Source: Acidimicrobiia bacterium (lineage in GTDB: Bacteria; Actinomycetota; Acidimicrobiia; Spongiisociales; ZC4RG35). Taken from it: DNA of 64,000 nt. The notes under the pieces were generated by a model, which was given only the letters and a program-made list of their open reading frames with translations, made no database searches and was not told the DNA's origin. Position 1 is the first letter of the stretch. Every line of letters starts with the position of its first letter. Of the stretch, positions 60,057 to 64,000 are shown piece after piece. The stretch lies in contig JANQOU010000008.1 in the NCBI GenBank assembly GCA_028285585.1, positions 200,760 through 264,759 of the forward strand, read 5' to 3'. Both the position numbers and the translations under genes were made by a program.

Positions 60057-60683
60057 ATGGCAATGGATGTGGTTGCACTCCAAGAGAAAATCGGCCGTAT
60101 CGACGGGGTCGAAGCAGCCCGTGTGGTGGCCGGGAACGGCCACATCGACGAGATCCATGTGCTGGCCCGCCGGCACAAGGCACCAAAACAGCTGGTCAGG
60201 GACGTGCAGTCACTCGGGGCCGCCCTGTTCGACGTCGACATCGACCGCCGCATCGTCTCGGTGGTCCAACTCGCGGACGCCGACCTCAACGGCGGGATCC
60301 GGCCTGCACTCACCGACGTCTCCGAGAACCTGGAAGGCACCCGTGTCGAAGTGACGGTCACTCTGCGTTGGGAAGACTCGCTTCTGGTCGGAAAGTCGAC
60401 CGGTGCCGCAGCGAACACCATGCGGCCGCGCCAGATCGCAGAAGCAACACTCGAGGCCGTGCGCCAGTCCATCCACCTCGGAGCGGCCGTGGGGATCTCG
60501 TCAATGGACATCGTCACTCTGGGCAGCCGCGAAGTGGCCGTCGCCCAGGTGGTGCTGGTCACCGAGAACTCGGAACGCATGCTGATCGGATCCGCCTACG
60601 TCGAAGATGACAAACAGAGAGCGACCGTGCGCGCCGTGCTCGACGCGCTCAACCGGATCCTCCCCGATCTGAAAGCCCGTTGA
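60057..60683 (+). CDS. conserved hypothetical protein
   Basis: IDEIHVLA...PKQLVRDVQS...DIDRRIVSVVQ and C-terminal ATVRAVLDALNR (LeuA allosteric-domain-like tail). Confidence 0.8.
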   Translation: MAMDVVALQEKIGRIDGVEAARVVAGNGHIDEIHVLARRHKAPKQLVRDVQSLGAALFDVDIDRRIVSVVQLADADLNGGIRPALTDVSENLEGTRVEVTVTLRWEDSLLVGKSTGAAANTMRPRQIAEATLEAVRQSIHLGAAVGISSMDIVTLGSREVAVAQVVLVTENSERMLIGSAYVEDDKQRATVRAVLDALNRILPDLKAR

Positions 60684-62227
60684 CCCAAAGGGCCGTAGCC
60701 ACGCCCCATCATCTGTCGGCGGCGGCTGCTCGGCAGATTCTCGATGGTGGCGGGAACGCTGTGGACGCCGCAATCGCCGCGGTCGCTGCCCAGGGAGTCG
60801 TCGCCCCGGAGACATGTGGCGTGGGTGGGGACCTGTTTGCCCTCGTTCACCAACCCGGCTGGGAACGCCCCTTGGCCCTCAACTCCTCAGGTCAGGCCGG
60901 ATCGGATGTCGACGCCGACTCGATCCGGGCGGCAGGCCATACCGAGATACCCCAGGATCACCCGGCGGTGGTCACAGTTCCTGGCTGCGTCGACGGCTTG
61001 GCCGAATTGTCGGCGCGACTCGGCTCGATCGACCTGGCCGAGGCCCTTGGACCGGCGATCGACCTCGCCCGTGAGGGCTTCGCGGCCTCTGACGAGCAGT
61101 CCGGCGCCTTCACCAGACGTGCCGCCGAGTATGCAAGCAATCCAGCAGTGTCCGAGTTCTACCCGGATGGTCAGCCGGTTCAACCGGGGGCATTGGTCCG
61201 GCGCGAACGTCTCGCCCGCACGCTCGAGGTGATCGGCTCAGACGGGAGGTACGGCTTCTACCTCGGCGAGCCGGGACGTGAGATTGTCGAGACCATCGAC
61301 GGGATCCGGCACACCGACCTGGAGCGGAACAACGCCGAGTGGGTCGAGCCGATTGAGGCTTCCGTGGCGGGTTACGAGTGCTGGACCATCCCACCCAACT
61401 CCCAGGGATACCTGACCCCGGCGGCATTGGCGGTGTTCCAGATGCTGGAGCCCCCGGAAGACTCGGAAGACCCACTGTGGTGGCATCTGCTCATCGAGTC
61501 CTACCGGGCCGTGGCGTGGGAACGCGACGACCTCGTCTCCGAGCCAAAGACGGCTCCTTTGCCGGACCGGCTCCTTCTCGATCAGTCTCGCTTGGAGAGA
61601 CTGTCGTCAACCGTCTCCGCCGACCGAACCGGTGTCTGGCCCCGAACCGGAGCACCTTCCGACACTGCCCACCTCTGTGTCGCCGACGAGAACGGATTGG
61701 GCGTATCCATCATCCAGTCGAACTACCGGGGCACCGGGTCACCTTTCGGTGCCGCCAACAGCGGATTCCTGTTCCAGGATCGAGGCGGAGGTTTCAACCT
61801 GATGCCGGGTCATCCCAATGAGCTCCGGCCCGGGAAGCGGCCGCTGCACACTCTTTCGCCAACCCTGTGGACCGACGGAGACCAGCCGCGGTGGCTCTTG
61901 GGAACACGCGGTGGTGCCATTCAGCCTCAGCTTCTTGCTCAGGTGGCCGCCAGGGGGATCGTGAGCAGCTCAGGGTTGGATGAGGCTCAGCAGGCACCAC
62001 GCTGGTCCATCGCCGACTTCGGGCCGCAGACCCAGAGTGTGGTCAGACTGGAACCGGGAGTGCCCGCAGAGGTGACGGATGGGCTGGCCCGCCGCGGCCA
62101 CCAGCTGGAGCAAATGGACGAGCCTCAGTCGGGTTGGGGACCTGTCTCCGTCATTGAGTTGGACGGCGATTCGCGACAAGCCGCCGCCGACCCCCGCGTC
62201 ACCACCACCACAACCCACCTCTGGTAG
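60680..62227 (+). CDS. ggt: gamma-glutamyltransferase family protein
   Basis: GGNAVDAAIA, GVGGDLF, PPNSQG, DTAHL (Thr nucleophile), PGKRPLHTLSP, ADPR. Confidence 0.9.
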   Translation: MTQRAVATPHHLSAAAARQILDGGGNAVDAAIAAVAAQGVVAPETCGVGGDLFALVHQPGWERPLALNSSGQAGSDVDADSIRAAGHTEIPQDHPAVVTVPGCVDGLAELSARLGSIDLAEALGPAIDLAREGFAASDEQSGAFTRRAAEYASNPAVSEFYPDGQPVQPGALVRRERLARTLEVIGSDGRYGFYLGEPGREIVETIDGIRHTDLERNNAEWVEPIEASVAGYECWTIPPNSQGYLTPAALAVFQMLEPPEDSEDPLWWHLLIESYRAVAWERDDLVSEPKTAPLPDRLLLDQSRLERLSSTVSADRTGVWPRTGAPSDTAHLCVADENGLGVSIIQSNYRGTGSPFGAANSGFLFQDRGGGFNLMPGHPNELRPGKRPLHTLSPTLWTDGDQPRWLLGTRGGAIQPQLLAQVAARGIVSSSGLDEAQQAPRWSIADFGPQTQSVVRLEPGVPAEVTDGLARRGHQLEQMDEPQSGWGPVSVIELDGDSRQAAADPRVTTTTTHLW

Positions 62228-62230
62228 CAA

Positions 62231-62355
62231 CCCCCTCACCCGCAACCTCAGGTAATAACGCCCAAATACGGTCCAAATCACCTCACGTTCAGCCCCAACT
62301 TGAGGCCATAGCGCCCAGATACGGTCGGTATTACCTGAGGTTCGCGGTAGGGGGG
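62231..62355. repeat. composite palindromic REP-like element (two 46-bp units)
   Basis: Units 62244-62289 and 62297-62342 share CGCCCARATACGGTC; outer arms AACCTCAGGTAAT/ATTACCTGAGGTT; lies between convergent genes. Confidence 0.8.
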
Positions 62356-63372
62356 TCAGGGTTTGAGGTCGGTGATGACCTGGCGGGCTGCATCCGGGTC
62401 CGACTCGAGTATCGAGCCGAAGGTGTAGAAGCCGATCCTCTGCACGCGATCGCCGTAACGATCGAGGATCGCCTGGCCCAGCTTGTCGACCGGGGCCGCG
62501 ATGCCGATCTCGAACAACGCCTCATCAGGGATGACGTCGGCCATCTCTGCCCACTGCCCACGCTTCGACATGGCGTGGACCTCGTCTCCGAACTCCCAGC
62601 CGCTGGCCTCCAACACCGGCCGGTACGAAGGCGTCGACGCATAGAACGAGATCTGCTGCCGGATCGGGCCCATGGCCTGCTCGACCTCCGAGTCGTCCCG
62701 GCCGGTCATGATGAAGACCGGGCTGACCAGCTCCACATCGTCGAGCGACCGTCCCGCACTCTCTGCTCCACTGGTGATGTTGGGCAGGACGACCTGGTCG
62801 AGATAGTCCACGGTGTGGAACGGGTGGACATGAAACCCGTCGCACACCTCACCTGCCATGCGGCTCAGATGCGGACCCACCCCCGCGATGTACACGGGGA
62901 TGTCCGGATGAGTAATCGGCCCCGGATCGAAGAACGGGGTCATCAGCGAGAAGTTGTAGAACTCGCCCTCGTACCGGAGCCGGGACGAGTCCTGCCAGGC
63001 CTCCCAAATCGCCCGCATCGACAGGATGTAATCCTTCAGCCGGGCGGTTGGCTGCCCCCACTCCGTGCTGAACCGACGAGTTATGTGCGGCTTGATCTGA
63101 GTTCCCAGCCCAAGGAGAAAGCGGCCTTTGGACATGCGCGCCAGGTCCCAACTCACCATTGCGGTGACCATCGGTGAGCGCGGGAAAGCAACTGCGATCG
63201 CGGTCCCCAAGTCGATGTCGAGCCCCTCGGCTCCGGCAAGCGCCAGCGGCAGGAACGGGTCGTACTTCGTCTCCGTGGAGAAGAACCCCTCGTATCCGAG
63301 ATCGGCCGCCTGGCGAACGGCACTCGAAGCAGCCTCCGGCGAGGTCATCGGGTAGTAGAAGTCGGCCTTCAT
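62356..63372 (-). CDS. F420-dependent LLM class oxidoreductase (TIGR03617-like)
   Basis: ETKYDPFL, GTAIAVAFPRSP, LGLGTQIKPHITRRF, SLMTPFF, FHVHPFH, FYASTPSY. Confidence 0.9.
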   Translation of the reverse strand: MKADFYYPMTSPEAASSAVRQAADLGYEGFFSTETKYDPFLPLALAGAEGLDIDLGTAIAVAFPRSPMVTAMVSWDLARMSKGRFLLGLGTQIKPHITRRFSTEWGQPTARLKDYILSMRAIWEAWQDSSRLRYEGEFYNFSLMTPFFDPGPITHPDIPVYIAGVGPHLSRMAGEVCDGFHVHPFHTVDYLDQVVLPNITSGAESAGRSLDDVELVSPVFIMTGRDDSEVEQAMGPIRQQISFYASTPSYRPVLEASGWEFGDEVHAMSKRGQWAEMADVIPDEALFEIGIAAPVDKLGQAILDRYGDRVQRIGFYTFGSILESDPDAARQVITDLKP

Positions 63373-63416
63373 GGAAGCCAGCGTAGATGAGTCAGGCCAC
63401 CGGGTAGCCTGAGCAC

Positions 63417-63734
63417 ATGAGACGCCTGGCGAAGTTCATCGGGTTTGTCGGAGGGGCAGCGGCACTCATCTGGGCGATGCGTGATCGCTTCGTTTCCGTG
63501 GCGGCTTCGCGTGAGCCCGAGCCGCCGACCTTTCGCTCCGGATCCTCGGTCGAGACCGTCCCCGTCGACGCAGTCGATGGGATCGGCCCGGTCTTCGCGC
63601 AAAGACTCACGGCTGCGGGCCTCGGATCTGTGAACGAGCTGGCCGAAGCCTCACCCGATGCGGTAGCAGAGGCAGCATCGATCAGCGTCGCCCGAGCCAA
63701 CACCTGGATCAACGAAGCTAAGAGCCACATCTGA
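63417..63734 (+). CDS. small helix-hairpin-helix (DUF4332-like) protein with N-terminal anchor
   Basis: VDGIGPVFAQRLTAAGL...WINEA. Confidence 0.7.
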   Translation: MRRLAKFIGFVGGAAALIWAMRDRFVSVAASREPEPPTFRSGSSVETVPVDAVDGIGPVFAQRLTAAGLGSVNELAEASPDAVAEAASISVARANTWINEAKSHI

Positions 63735-64000
63735 GTGCTCTATCTCCACGAGCCTGAGGATCTCGGGGGCCTCCTCGACGATGAACCGCGGTTTCGCGCC
63801 GACCAACTAGGCGACTGGCTGTACAGGACACCAGTCCTCTCCATCGAAGACATGACCAACCTCCCGGAGGCACTGCGCTCGAAGCTGGCTTCGGGTCATT
63901 GGCCTTTCGACGTCGAGATGGAGCAGAGCTCGGACCAGAGCCGGACGCGAAAGTGGCTGTTCCGCTCCCCCGACGGCGCCGCCATCGAAGCCGTCCTCAT
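63735..64000 (+). CDS. rlmN: 23S rRNA m2A2503/tRNA methyltransferase, 5' part (runs off the window)
   Basis: EPRFRADQLGDWLY...DMTNLPEALRSKL...TRKWLFRSPDGAAIEAVL. Confidence 0.88.
   Translation, partial: MLYLHEPEDLGGLLDDEPRFRADQLGDWLYRTPVLSIEDMTNLPEALRSKLASGHWPFDVEMEQSSDQSRTRKWLFRSPDGAAIEAVL

Noticed and set aside
62231-62355. CRISPR array (also considered for 45199-45270)
   Set aside because: Only two units, no unique spacers of regular length and no cas genes

Overview
High-GC actinobacterial DNA; the gene content and the tRNA-Ala/moeA/galU/FmdB/SAF synteny suggest Acidimicrobiia (inference). The window has two halves separated by tRNA-Ala(CGC) at 31854-31927. The left half (1-31.8 kb) is an accessory catabolic region. 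It holds an oligopeptide ABC operon with an amidohydrolase, a two-domain Rid protein and a coupled peptide deformylase that the ORF track missed. It also holds an aminobenzoate-type CoA ligase and a 16-gene GntR-controlled cluster (sugar ABC transporter, DgaE-like PLP lyase, two aldolases, several hydrolases, SlcC-like and aldehyde dehydrogenases, ThrC-like enzyme, sulfate/sulfite-type exporter) that may degrade an amino/sulfo-sugar. The right half is mostly core genes: translin-like, moaC, moeA, galU, plsY, uppP, dapB, polyamine genes, apbC, acnA, sortase, ggt, an F420 LLM oxidoreductase and rlmN. The best candidate for an undescribed system is at 56.2-60.7 kb. There an unannotated 29-aa signal-peptide-like micro-ORF heads two membrane HD-GYP genes (one near-canonical, one degenerate), flanked by a DUF5317 membrane protein with LspA-like motifs and a divergent conserved hypothetical gene. 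This looks like a peptide-signal/c-di-GMP module. All family calls are from motif recognition by eye; no searches were run.
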